From: Eledone cirrhosa
Taxonomy: Eukaryota
Direction of reading: 5' to 3'
Assembly (NCBI GenBank): GCA_964016885.1
Contig: OZ024740.1
Location: 295,182,001-295,246,000 of the forward strand
Length of the DNA stretch: 64,000 nucleotides
Shown here: piece after piece, positions 13,044 to 25,498 of the stretch
Position numbering within the stretch: the first letter of the stretch is position 1
Layout of the letters: each line of letters begins with the position of its first letter
Position numbers and translations under genes: made by a program
Notes under the pieces: generated by a model
What the model saw: only the letters and a program-made list of their open reading frames with translations
Databases searched by the model: none
Told to the model about the DNA's origin: nothing

Positions 13044-13116
13044 ACTAGAAGAGTTAAATATTTAAATCGTATTTTAATTTATTTAAAAGATTGTTTAATA
13101 TTTACTTGTTCCACTC

Positions 13117-13151
<35 letters not shown>

Positions 13152-13189
13152 TATATATATATATTATAAAGAAAACGAAGAATCAGTGA

Positions 13190-16100
13190 TGCATCTGGGC
13201 TTAGTTTATTTCGTGTTACAAATGTTTCGCCGGCTTGTAGCTCGAGTCATGGTCCTTGTATGGATCTGGCTGATTCTACTTGTGCGTGCGTATGTATGTA
13301 TATAAGTGTATGTTTGAGTAGGATATGCTTATCCCAACAGATACAGAGCGCGAAGTAAACAACCGTCAGAAGGCTTGTGGCGGTATGTATCAACAAGTGG
13401 GTGTGAATGGGTCCCAGTAGGTGAGGGAGAGACGGTGTGTGAGTATATATACTTCGATGTATGGATGTGGGGGTGGGGGTGTCTGCGCATGTAGGCGTGG
13501 TGTGGATATGGGTGGCGTGGTGTGGATATGGGTGGCGTGGTTCGAAAAAGAATTGTGAGTGTATGTCCGTGGGTAAGTTCCTAAGGTAGTTCCGTGGAGT
13601 GTGCGATGAGATGCTGGATAGTTTTCATGTTACGGAGTGGATAGCTGGAACGATGACCGGTGGTGTGAAATCCATAGGTTGTGGTGGTCGGAAGTGGAGA
13701 GAGGTGGGGTGCGCGCGCAACAGGAAGTGGTCAGAGGGTCAAGGCAGGGTGAAGTGATAGCAGTAGAGGAGAATGACAGGTGGAGAAATGGTCAGTGTAT
13801 GGTGAGGATTGTGTGTCTGTGTGTGCGGAGGTGCGGTGGACAGGGGACTGGATGGGTAGGTGTGAAAGGTGGAGGGGGGAGGTGGTCATGTGGGGGGATG
13901 GGGTGTGTATTAGTAGAGGTGTTAGTGGGATGTGTGTGTGTGAAGGAGTGTAGGTGGAGCGGGGAGAGGGAGAGGGAGAGGGAGAGGGAGAGAAAAGGTG
14001 TTGGGGTCGGGAGAGGAGTGTAGTGTACTGGTGTGTGTGTGCGTTTTTGGATGAGTGTGTGTGTGGTAAAGGGGGTGTTAGTGGGTGTTAGTATACTGGT
14101 GGTGGGGAAAGGGTGGATGCGAGTGTGTAAGTGGGGATTAGTGGTGGTTGGGTGTGTGGTGTATGTAGGTGTGGGTGTGTGTGTGTGAAGGTGTGTATTC
14201 GTGTGCATGGGGTCGGGGGGATGTTAGTGATATTAGTTGTGGGGTGGTGGGAGTGGATGTGTGGGTGAGGGTTAATGGTGGTAGTAGGGTGTGTGGATAG
14301 TGTGAGTGCGTGTATATATGTACCTGTGGGTGTGTGCGTGATAGGGGGAGGGGTGGGGATTTTAGTATTGTTAGTTGGGGAGGGTGGTCGGGGTTGGGTG
14401 GGGGTGTTAGTATTGTTAGTTGTGGGGTGGGCCGAGTGGGTGGGGCGGTGAGAAGGAGGAGTGTATTAGTTGTGTATGTGGGGGATGTGTGTGTGGGGGG
14501 AGGGGGACAGGGCGGTCGAAGACTAAAGGAATAGGGGTGGGGAGTTAAGGCTTGGGGGGGGAAAGAGGGATCTGTAGGGTGAAGATGGTGCGTTGTTCGA
14601 CCGTGAGGCGCGTGGCGGGTGTTCCGTGGCATTGGAGTAGGCCACAGACTGTGAGGTGGTGGGCGGAATGTCCAGGGGAGCCAAAGTGGCAGGCGATGAG
14701 GGAACTCCCGCCGAGACGAATATCCCGGAGGAGTTCAGTGAAACGGTCCGCCAGGCGATGTCCAGTCTGTCCGACGTAGGTTGCGCTGCACTCCGTGTAG
14801 CGAAGTCCATAGACTAGGTTGGAGGAGGTGCAGCGGAAGGCGTGCCGGACAGAGAGAGAGTGGGACCCTGGAAGGTGGTGGTGTTGGTGATGTGGGGGCA
14901 GGTGTGGAAACGAGGCCTGGAGCAGGGAAGGGAGCCGGAGGGGGGAGAAGAGCCTGGGTTGGGGGTAGGGAGCTGCGGACGAGGATGGTGCGGAGATTGC
15001 GTGCGCGTTTAAAGGAGGGGGGTGGGTGGGGATGGGAAGATGTGGGAGGTGGAGGGGTCGGACTGGAGGCGCCGGAAGAGGCGGAGGATGGTGCGGTGGA
15101 GGGGTTGGGTGGAGGGGTGGTAAGTAATGTGGAAGGGGGGACGGTGGGTGGGGTGAGGGCGGTGGAGCGGTGGATAGCACGGGCACGAGTGAGGGCGGTG
15201 TGGACGAGGGAGGGGGGCGTAACCTCTCCGGATGAAATGGCTGATTAGGGAAAGGACCTGGGACTCAAAGTCAGCATCTCGGTTGCAGAGGCGGCGGATC
15301 CGGAGGAGTTGGGAGTAGGGAATAGAGTGTTTAGTGTGTGTAGGGTGGGAGGAGGTGAAGTCGAGGTAGGAGTAGGAGTCGGTGGGTTTGAAGAAGGCAG
15401 AGGTGACGAAGGAGCGGTAGGAGGGGTCGATAGCGACGGAGAGGTCTAAGAAGTAGACGTGGGTGGTATAGATAGAGGTGGTGAAGTGGAGGGAGGGGTG
15501 GAAGGAGAAAAAGGAGTCGAGCTGTTCTCGGGATGTAACGACCGTACAGCTCGGGCGTGCGGCCGGTGTACTGGGAAAAGATTTGGGCCTCAACATGGCC
15601 AACGAAAAGGTTGGCATAGTTTGGGCCCATTCTTGTGCCCATGGCTACCCCCGTGACCTGTTAGTAAAACTCACCCGAGAAGGAGAAGCAGTTGAGGGTA
15701 AGGACCAGCTCGGCGAGGCGAAGGAGAGTGGAGGTGATGGGGGAGGGGCGAAGGTTGAGGTAGTGCCTGAGAGCACGTAGGCCGTCGGCGTGGGGGATGA
15801 CAGTATAGAGGGACTTGATATCTAGGGTGAAGAGGAGGGTGTGTGGACCGGGTGGGAAAGTGAAGGAGTCCTACAGGCGAAGGGCGTGGTTGGTGTCGGA
15901 GATGTGAGAGGGGAGGGTGGTGACGAGGGGGCGAGAATGAAGTCGAGAAAGGCGGAGATGAGTTCGGTGGGGCAGTTGCAAGCGGAGACGATGGGGCGGT
16001 CGGGGTTGTCGGGTTTGTGGAGTTTGGGGAGGAAGTAGATAGTAGGGGTGCGGGGGGTGCGGACGATGAGGTGGGAAGCGGTGGGAGGGAGGAGGAGACA

Positions 16101-16200
16101 AGGTATTGGATGGTGGAGGAAACTTGTTGTTGGTAGCGGGTTGTGGGGTCGGAGAGTAGAGGGCAGTAGAAGAGGGGGTTACGGAGCTGCCACCACGGCG
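13190..16200 (-). mobile_element. GC-rich Penelope-like element (CCHH-type endonuclease), 5'-truncated and frameshifted
   Basis: MGTRMGPNYANLFVG (ORF 15331-15642), FLDL and FKPTDSYSYLDFTSSHP (15009-15617), CTSSNLVYGLRYTECSATYVGQTGHRLADRFTE across frames near 14720-14840, long C/A-rich UTR shared with 640-2430. The 3' boundary is approximate. Confidence 0.88.
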
Positions 16201-16204
16201 CCTC

Positions 16205-16450
16205 CCTTGTCCGCCGGTTAGTTTGTTCTCTAGCTTTTGCTAACAGAGACGTCACAAATGTCTTCCCTGTACCTCCAGAGGCATCTACAAAATAGAAGCC
16301 TCCCTTCTTATTCATGACATGATCTGACACAGTTTCATATACAACTCTGTTCAGGCAATAGCTTCGGCTCATTTTCTTGAACATAACTTCTTAATTTTTT
16401 ATGTCAGAGGACATTTCTCTTAGAATTTTATGCGTTAGCCAGTTCTTTTC
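16205..16450 (-). pseudogene. fragment of PIF1-like (Helitron-type) helicase
   Basis: VYETVSDHVMNKKGGFYFVDASGGTGKTFVTSLLAK: Walker A context typical of Helitron Rep-Hel helicases. Confidence 0.7.
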
Positions 16451-16874
16451 TCTCCCTTTTAACGCCTGTTCTCGCTAAGATCAGACGTGTTTCTCTTCGC
16501 TCTCTTTCATGCTGTTGATAAGGTCTCAGAGCTTGCACCCGACCGCCTTTTTAACTTCTTCCCCTCTCCCATTGGTTATTGCTACATACATGTACTACTG
16601 TCTCGTGTTTCCCCCTCTCTATCGGTATGTTTTCTTTTTTTTTCTTCTGTTTATTTTCTTTCTCTCCGCCATCGTCTCTTTCTTGTCTTTTTGTTCCCTA
16701 ATAACTTCCTGAAGTTATTAACGCACTGTGGATAGATGTAGTGTCGTTAATGCGTCGAAACATCCGAGAGCCACAACAGACAACTTAAGAGGGCAATTGT
16801 CTTATGTTTGTGTTTCCCTTATATTTCTAAACACTCTTTATTAGTAACCATACAGCACCTTGTCCCTTTTAATT

Positions 16875-16906
<32 letters not shown>

Positions 16907-16910
<4 letters not shown>

Positions 16911-18086
16911 GTTGGCAAGAAAGTAATTTCGTTTTTTGCAAATAGATAGAGTTACAATGTTTTTGACTTTTGTCAATGTTATGATTTTTTCCTTTTGACA
17001 TTTGATAACCATTACTTCTAGCTTACTTTAAAAGCAAATTGCGCGTAATTTTGTTTACAGCTCTTAGTTCAGTGTCAATTTTAACATGGATTGCAAAAAC
17101 GAACATTTTCGCCATATTTTGCTTTTTTATTTCCGAAAAGGTTGCTGAGGCTCACAAAGAAATATGTGAAGTTTATGGTGTTGATTGCTTAGCAGAATGC
17201 ATATGTCAGAAATGGTTTTAAAAATTCCGTTCTGGAGATTTTTCACTCAAAGATGACCAACGTTCTGGTCGACTTACTGAAGTTGATGGTGACCGAATAA
17301 AACCCATAATTGAATCTGATTGTCATATAACTGTGCGAGAGATTGAAGAGAGCTTAAATGTATCACACAAAACAATTGAAAATCACTTAAAATGTCTTGG
17401 ACTCGTTAAGAAGCTCGATATTTGGGTTCCACATAAATTGAAAGAGATTCACAACGAATCAATATTTGCGATATGCATCTCAAACGCAATGAAATCGGGC
17501 TTTTTTTAAACGAATCATCGCTGCTGATGAAAAATGGATTGTCTATAATAACATCAATCGAAAACGATCATGGTACAAGCGTAATGAACCAGCACAAACT
17601 ACATCGAAAGCTGAATTGCATAAAAAAGGTCATGCTGTCAATTTGGTGCGATAACAAAAGAGTTGTGTATTTTGAGCTGCTTTCAATGAACCAAACGATC
17701 AATTCAGATGTTTACTGTCAACAACTAATGAAACTGGAGGAAGCAATCAAATTATTGGAGCCTGGTTGGAAAGTGATGTCACATCCACCATATAGCTCTG
17801 ACCTTGCACCATCAGATAACCATTTATTTAGAAGTTTGCAAAATTCTTTGAATAGTAAAATTTTCAATAATGATGATGACCTGAAAAAAAAAATCGCACT
17901 TGCTTCAGTGTTTGGCTGATAAGGACCAGAAGTTCTACGAGCGCGGAATCATGAAGTTGTCAGAAAGATGGCAAAAGGTCATTGAACAAAATGTAAAATA
18001 TATAATTGATTAAAGTTCATTCCTTGTATGAAAACAAAAATGACTTATATTTCACCCTAAAACACCAAAATTACTTTCTTGCCAAC

Positions 18087-18090
<4 letters not shown>
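16907..18090 (+). mobile_element. mariner (Tc1/mariner) DNA transposon, defective
   Basis: 23-bp perfect TIRs ttgggttggcaagaaagtaattt (16907-16929 / 18068-18090) flanked by TA. Transposase remnants MDCKNEHFRHILLFYFRK, WVPHKL, DEKW, HPPYSSDLAPSD; stops, frameshifts and an internal deletion in the catalytic domain. Confidence 0.95.
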
Positions 18091-18153
<63 letters not shown>

Positions 18154-18349
18154 TTTTCTATGTATGCATACTATATGATATAAAATACATGGCAAACTGA
18201 CGTATACCTTCCTCGGTACTCCGAGTTTCCTGAAGTAAGTTCATCTCATTTCGTCAGTGATCGAAATGTCATCGCGGTAACACTTCATTAAATTTCAGGT
18301 TGCCATGTATTATATATAACACTAGATTGCCATGTATTATATATAACAC

Positions 18350-18533
18350 GGTGGATTGGCAGTATCGGTAGAGGTTCGGACGCCATGCTTTGACGCATAG
18401 AGTTACGGCCCTTGCCATTCTGAGTTCAAATCCCGCCGAGGTTAACTTTGCCTTTCATCCTTACGGGGTCGATAAAATAAAGTACCAGTAATGTACTGGG
18501 TAATTTTCTGGCCTTGTGCCAATAGTAGAAACA
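18350..18533 (+). mobile_element. tRNA-derived SINE with 14-bp target site duplication
   Basis: A-box-like tggcagtatcggtag, B-box gagttcaaatccc; flanked by attatatataacac at 18336-18349 and 18534-18547. Confidence 0.85.
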
Positions 18534-18909
18534 ATTATATATAACACTAGACAAATCCAGTTCATTCTCCTTTGGAGAATGCTTTCTGTAGTTGGCGATA
18601 GATAGCTTGGAATATATAGAGACAAAAAGAGTAATACATAGATACAAATCAATGTGTGTGTCTGTTTGTGTATGTGTGTGTGTTTGCGTGTGTGTGTGTT
18701 CTAGACGCTAGGATATATATATATATATATAATAAAAATAATGTTCGATTCGTTTGTAAACAAATGACCCGATTTGAAGCTGTGCCATGCCGGTAACTGA
18801 TTGTCACTTGTTTGTTCAACACTAGCTTTGAGGAACAATCAATATTTTTCTGTATACTTCTGCTTGTCTGTTGAACGGTTAAAATATATAGTATTTTCTT
18901 AAGTATATA

Positions 18910-19080
18910 TATTGTTATACTTTGGCAGGGTCATGCTGCCAATAGAAACACACGCACCTGTTGGTTTTCACTTCAATTTATTATAAATTCTGGTCGGTTG
19001 GTTGGTTCGATAACCGGATGGTTGTTTATATATTGTCAAAGCTCTTTCGTCACACATTCTGTGACCTCCTCAGTGACTAA
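18910..19080 (-). repeat. solo arm of the 12195-12715 family, with hammerhead at 19035-19077
   Basis: Aligns to 12195-12380. Minus strand: gtca CTGAGGA g gtcaca gaatg tgtgac GAAA gagc TT tgac. Confidence 0.8.
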
Positions 19081-19143
19081 GTTTTTATTTTTATTTTTAT
19101 ATATTGTTATTCTAAATTTTATTTAAAAATAATATCTATGTAT

Positions 19144-20277
<1,134 letters not shown>

Positions 20278-20419
20278 CCAAAGATTAATATGGTTCATTG
20301 ATTACTCATAAATATAGTTTTACAATAGATTAAAAGCACTCTACAAAGAAGTTTTCTGGAGTTATTAATATTATTCAGAATATTAATAAATGAAAACATT
20401 CACATAATCAAAATATATG

Positions 20420-20481
20420 TTTTATTATATATATTTCGAAGGTACTGTGCTGTTTTATCAGTACGTCCTCGTCAGATAAAA
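20420..20481 (-). ncRNA. minimal type I hammerhead in a 260-bp island between (TA)n runs
   Basis: Minus strand: ttttat CTGACGA ggacgtactg ataaaacagca cagtaccttc GAAA tatata TA ataaaa; stem I 6 bp, stem II 9 of 10 paired. Confidence 0.85.
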
Positions 20482-20528
20482 TACATGAATTGATGTATGA
20501 CATACCTCAACGCTCTTGATGGTTCAAT

Positions 20529-20570
<42 letters not shown>

Positions 20571-20577
<7 letters not shown>

Positions 20578-20769
20578 ATACTTTGGGAGGGTCATGTTGT
20601 CAATAAGAAACACACGCACCAGTTGCTTTCACTTCAATTTATTATATATTTATAAATTTATAAATTTATAAATTTCTGGTTGGTTGGTTGGTTCCACAAC
20701 CAGATAGTTCAATATCGGTTTCAACACACGATTTCAGATAAAGAATCTTGCTAAACAGATTCAGAAACG

Positions 20770-20770
<1 letters not shown>
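20571..20770. repeat. partial arm of the 12195-12715 family joined to an inverted copy of 12141-12200
   Basis: tattgttatactttgggagggtcatgttg...ccacaacc followed by caatatcggtttcaacacacg...tcagaaacg. Confidence 0.75.
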
Positions 20771-20771
<1 letters not shown>

Positions 20772-20807
<36 letters not shown>

Positions 20808-20845
20808 GCATGTGTGTGTGAATATGTGTGTATATATGTTTGTGC

Positions 20846-20895
<50 letters not shown>

Positions 20896-20915
20896 GTTTA
20901 CGCATGTGTATATGC

Positions 20916-20972
<57 letters not shown>

Positions 20973-21182
20973 CTATACCTCCTCCCCACCTTCCCCCACC
21001 CCTCCCCAACCTGAAATACGGCCACTATGGTTATGTGAGTACCTATTTATTTGTATGTGTATATATTTGTTTGTATGTGTGTATATGTATGTGTATGTGT
21101 ATATATATATATATATATATGTTTGTATGTATATGTGTTTTATGTGTGTATATTTATGTATGTATATGTATGTATATATGTG

Positions 21183-21229
<47 letters not shown>

Positions 21230-21344
21230 ATATATATATGTGTATGTATGTGTATGTATGTATGTATGTATGTACGTGTATGTATGTATGTATGTTTATG
21301 TATATATGTATGTGGTTATATATATGTATATGTATATATATGTA

Positions 21345-21415
<71 letters not shown>

Positions 21416-21424
21416 ATGTGTGTA

Positions 21425-21487
<63 letters not shown>

Positions 21488-21582
21488 GTGTGGGCAGGTG
21501 TGTATATATATATATATGTGTGTGTGTGTATATGTATGTGTATGTATGTATGTATATGTATGTGTATATGTATATGTGTATG

Positions 21583-21637
<55 letters not shown>

Positions 21638-21654
21638 ATATGTGTATATATGTG

Positions 21655-21711
<57 letters not shown>

Positions 21712-21806
21712 GTGTATGTGTATATATATATATATATATATATGTGCGTGAGAGAGAGTGTGTATATATATTTGTGTGTGTGTGTGTGTATGTGTGTATG
21801 CGTGTG

Positions 21807-21845
<39 letters not shown>

Positions 21846-22105
21846 ATATATATATGTATACACATGTGTGTATATATGCGTTATATGTCTGTATATATAT
21901 ATATATATGTGTATATTTATGTATAGGTCTGTGTATGTATGTGTATGTTTGTATATATATGGATATATATATGTATATGTATATGTATATATATATATAT
22001 ATAAATATTTATACATATGCATGTGTATGTGTGTGTGTGTGTGAGTGTATATATATATGTGTATATGAGTGTGCGTGTATATATATATGTGTGTGTATAT
22101 GTATG

Positions 22106-22142
<37 letters not shown>

Positions 22143-22219
22143 GCGTGTGTGTATGTGTATATATGTGTGTGGGTATGTGTGTGTATATGTGTATATGTAT
22201 GTATGTATGTTTATGTATG

Positions 22220-22286
<67 letters not shown>

Positions 22287-22403
22287 ATATATATATATAC
22301 ATATGTGTATATATGTATGTATGTATGTTTTTATATATATATGTGTATATGTATGTTTGTATGTGTGTTTGTATGTGTGTGTTTGTATGTGTATATACTT
22401 GTT

Positions 22404-22448
<45 letters not shown>

Positions 22449-22787
22449 ATATGTATATGGTTATATATATGAATATATGTATATGTGTATGTGTATATAT
22501 ATGTGTGTGTGTGTTTGTGTGTATGTGTGTGAATATGTATATTTGTGTGTGTATGTGTTTTTTTATATATATATATATATGTATATGTGTGTGTATGTAT
22601 GTATGTGTATATATATGTATATATATGTATACGTGTGTGTGTATTTGTGTGTATATGTATACACATGTATATTTGTGTTTGTATGTATGTGTGTGAGTGT
22701 ATTTATATGTGTATATATGTGTGTGTGTGTGTGTATATGTGTATGTGTGTGTGTATGTGTGTATATATATGTGTGTGTGTGTATATG

Positions 22788-22850
<63 letters not shown>

Positions 22851-22960
22851 GTGTATGTATATGTATGTATATGAATATATTTTTATATATGTGTGTGTGT
22901 TTTTATGTGTGTATATGTGTTTGTGTGTGTGTTTATGGTTGCGCGTAAGTGTGTGAGTGA
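20772..22960. repeat. 2.2-kb compound (TA)/(TG)/(TATG) microsatellite
   Basis: Near-continuous alternating purine-pyrimidine sequence with TG bias on the plus strand. Confidence 0.95.
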
Positions 22961-23427
22961 GTATGTTTTTTTGTGAATGTGTCTGTTGATTTTTGGCATA
23001 TAGTTGATTAGTTTAAGAGAAGTTCGAAGATAATTGTAAGATATGCACTCAGTATTTTGAATCTGTCTACAGAATTCTCTAGACCTTTGTCACTTGGTAG
23101 AACCTTAATGATTTTAGCATTTGAAGAATCTCCCTTTTCTTTAATTCTATCGACCATGACTGACCCCTCACTGATTTTATAGACATCTGTTAGCTTAAGA
23201 GAAACTTAGTGACAAAGTATGGTATGCCATCCGGAACCTGTTTATAGAATTCTGTCTGCCCTTGTTACTCTAAAAACATAAATAAATAAAAATAAACTAT
23301 AGCTTTGTAGAATTAGCTTTTAATGAATTCCCTTTTCTATCAACCAATGACCTACACCCATCCCACTCCCCACCCTCTCCTACCACTTGTAGAGACCTAT
23401 AAATACCATTTTTATTTTTTGATTCCC

Positions 23428-23478
23428 AGATTCCTGATGATTTCTAATGAATGAAACAGTTCTAGTCCTGTAGAATCT
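23428..23478 (+). ncRNA. type I hammerhead ribozyme motif
   Basis: agattc CTGATGA tttctaatgaat GAAA cag ttctagtc ctg TA gaatct; perfect 6-bp stem I, 3-bp plus A-U stem III, weak stem II. Confidence 0.8.
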
Positions 23479-23560
23479 CATCTATATTAAAACTTTTATA
23501 CTCTGCTATGTATTGAGTACCTTACTTACTGTGGTTACCTCCGATTCAACCCGGAATAAC

Positions 23561-23611
<51 letters not shown>

Positions 23612-23734
23612 TGCCAATCGTATATGTAATATAGAATATGCTTCAATCAATCCCGGTTGGAGCTGTATAAATGAAGTAATTCCGTCGGAAAAGTCCAGGA
23701 AAAAAGAGTGCTCTATGTAGGTAACAGAGCTTAA

Positions 23735-23960
23735 TAGTTATGTAATAAACAACATAAGGCAATTATTTCATTTACCAGTGGTTTCAATCATCAGAATGAA
23801 AAAATCCTGGTGTATTTATTGGTATTGGGTTTTTTAAATCCAATACCAATAAATACACCAGGATTTTTTCATTCTGATGATTGAAAGCAAAATTTGTTTG
23901 CTTTTAAGAAACCACTGGTAAATGAAATAATTGCCTTATGTTGTTTATTACATAACTATA
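23735..23960. mobile_element. 226-bp ORF-less fold-back element with hammerhead
   Basis: 23735-23828 mirrors 23840-23960 apart from a 27-bp deletion in the left arm. Confidence 0.88.
23867..23927 (+). ncRNA. type I hammerhead ribozyme
   Basis: tttcatt CTGATGA ttgaaagcaaa atttg tttgcttttaa GAAA ccactgg TA aatgaaa; 7-bp stem I, 11-bp stem II. Confidence 0.9.
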
Positions 23961-24008
23961 TATATATATCTGTATGTAGATATATATATATATATGTATT
24001 TAAGTATA

Positions 24009-24187
<179 letters not shown>

Positions 24188-24392
24188 TAGAAAGTGAGGT
24201 TTTTTTTACAAAATGAAAAATAACCGGTGTCCTACACGAGTGAAAGTATAAAGAAAAAAAGATGAAATCGAAAATGCAAGTCTTATTTTAAAAAAAATAT
24301 ATAAAAAAAATATATAAAAAATATAAAAAAAAAAATATATAAAAAAATATAAAAAAAAAAATATATAAAAAAAATATATATTTATTTGGTTC

Positions 24393-24428
24393 CTTTACCG
24401 GTTTCGCAGTTCTTTTGCTTTTCAAAAG
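24393..24428 (-). ncRNA. candidate variant hammerhead (U3-A8 core)
   Basis: Minus strand: ctt TTGAAAA gca aaagaac tgc GAAA ccgg TA aag. The mirror copy at 27273-27310 has gcag aagaa ctgc GAAA ccgg TA. Confidence 0.55.
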
Positions 24429-24669
24429 TAGAGTTGAGATGGAGGGTCTGTGGTTTTTCTCACATCTGGTTGGTCTTTGAATGTTACTTGTTTTATATGG
24501 AAAAAAGTGGCTCAAAACGCCAGGTTTTTAGAGAAGTAATTTGATTGGTCGGTCAATAAGTATAATAAATTTCGCGCCAGTTCGCGTTACAAAGTTCTTC
24601 AAACAAGGGGGGGGGGGGGGGTGCTCAGGTTGTTTTTTCATATATGAGTGTTTGAATTACTTTTTACTA

Positions 24670-25085
24670 AAAAAGGGGGCTCACGAAGGCTTTTTCTAAA
24701 AAATGTAATCTGATCGGTTATAAATGAAATTATGGCAGTCACGTGAACAAGTTCATTAAATTTCGCGTCCGTATTTCGGAATTTGTTTTGTACTTAAAAA
24801 AAGGGGCTCACGAAGGCTTTTTCTAAAAAAATTTAATCTGATTGGTTATAAATGAAATTATGGCTGTCACGTGAACAAGTTCATTAAATTTCGCGCCCGT
24901 ATTTCGGAATTTGTTTTGTAGCTTCTTAGAGAATTTTATGACAATAAAAAAAATGGCTCACGAAGGCTTTTTAAAAAAAAATGCAATTTGATTGGTTATA
25001 AATGAAATTATGACTGTCACGTGAACAAGTTACACGCCCGTATTATTTATTTTGTAGCCATTTAGAGAATTTTATGACAAGCAAA
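24670..25085. repeat. three tandem 127-150 bp repeats in the PLE 3' region
   Basis: ggctcacgaaggcttttt...ggttataaatgaaattatg...gtcacgtgaacaagtt recurs at about 24678, 24805 and 24955. Confidence 0.85.
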
Positions 25086-25498
25086 AAATGGTCAAGAGAA
25101 ATGGGATGGGAGAATTGTTCTGGTTCAGTGAATATGGCTAGTTCGCTGGGGTGTCAGAGTTCAGATTTTCTATTGAAATAAAGAAAGTAGACATATGTAT
25201 GTTTATTTGTGTGTTTGTCTGTGTGTGTGTGTGTGTAGGAAGATGATTCTATTGGTAGAAATGGGGGAGGGAGTTGTGTGTGTGTATATGGGTGTTATGT
25301 GTGTGTGTGTGGGAGTATGTTAAGATGGAGAGAATATATATATATTTTTTTTTGTGTGTGTGTGTGTGTGTAGGAAAGTGATTCTGTCAATAGAAATGGG
25401 GGAGGGAGTTGTGTGTGTGTGTGGGGGGGGGGGTGTTATGTGTGTGTGTATGTGTCTGTTTGGATGGTTAGCATGTTATGGTGTTGACATAATGTATA

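Noticed and set aside
15671-16384. 237-aa ORF as a helicase-RT fusion gene
   Set aside because: Chance read-through from a Helitron fragment into an off-frame part of the truncated PLE.
16705-16770. CTGAAG...hairpin...GAAAC hammerhead-like motif
   Set aside because: Core incomplete and no UH triplet or stem I.
18210-18265. Minus-strand CTGACGA...GAAActcggagTA
   Set aside because: Stems I and II cannot be formed convincingly.
18350-18440. tRNA gene
   Set aside because: A/B boxes are present, but there is no cloverleaf, and the body plus TSD indicate a SINE.
20666-22956. Long YI/CV/TH-rich ORFs up to 412 aa
   Set aside because: Translations of dinucleotide microsatellite that lacks stop codons; no coding signal.
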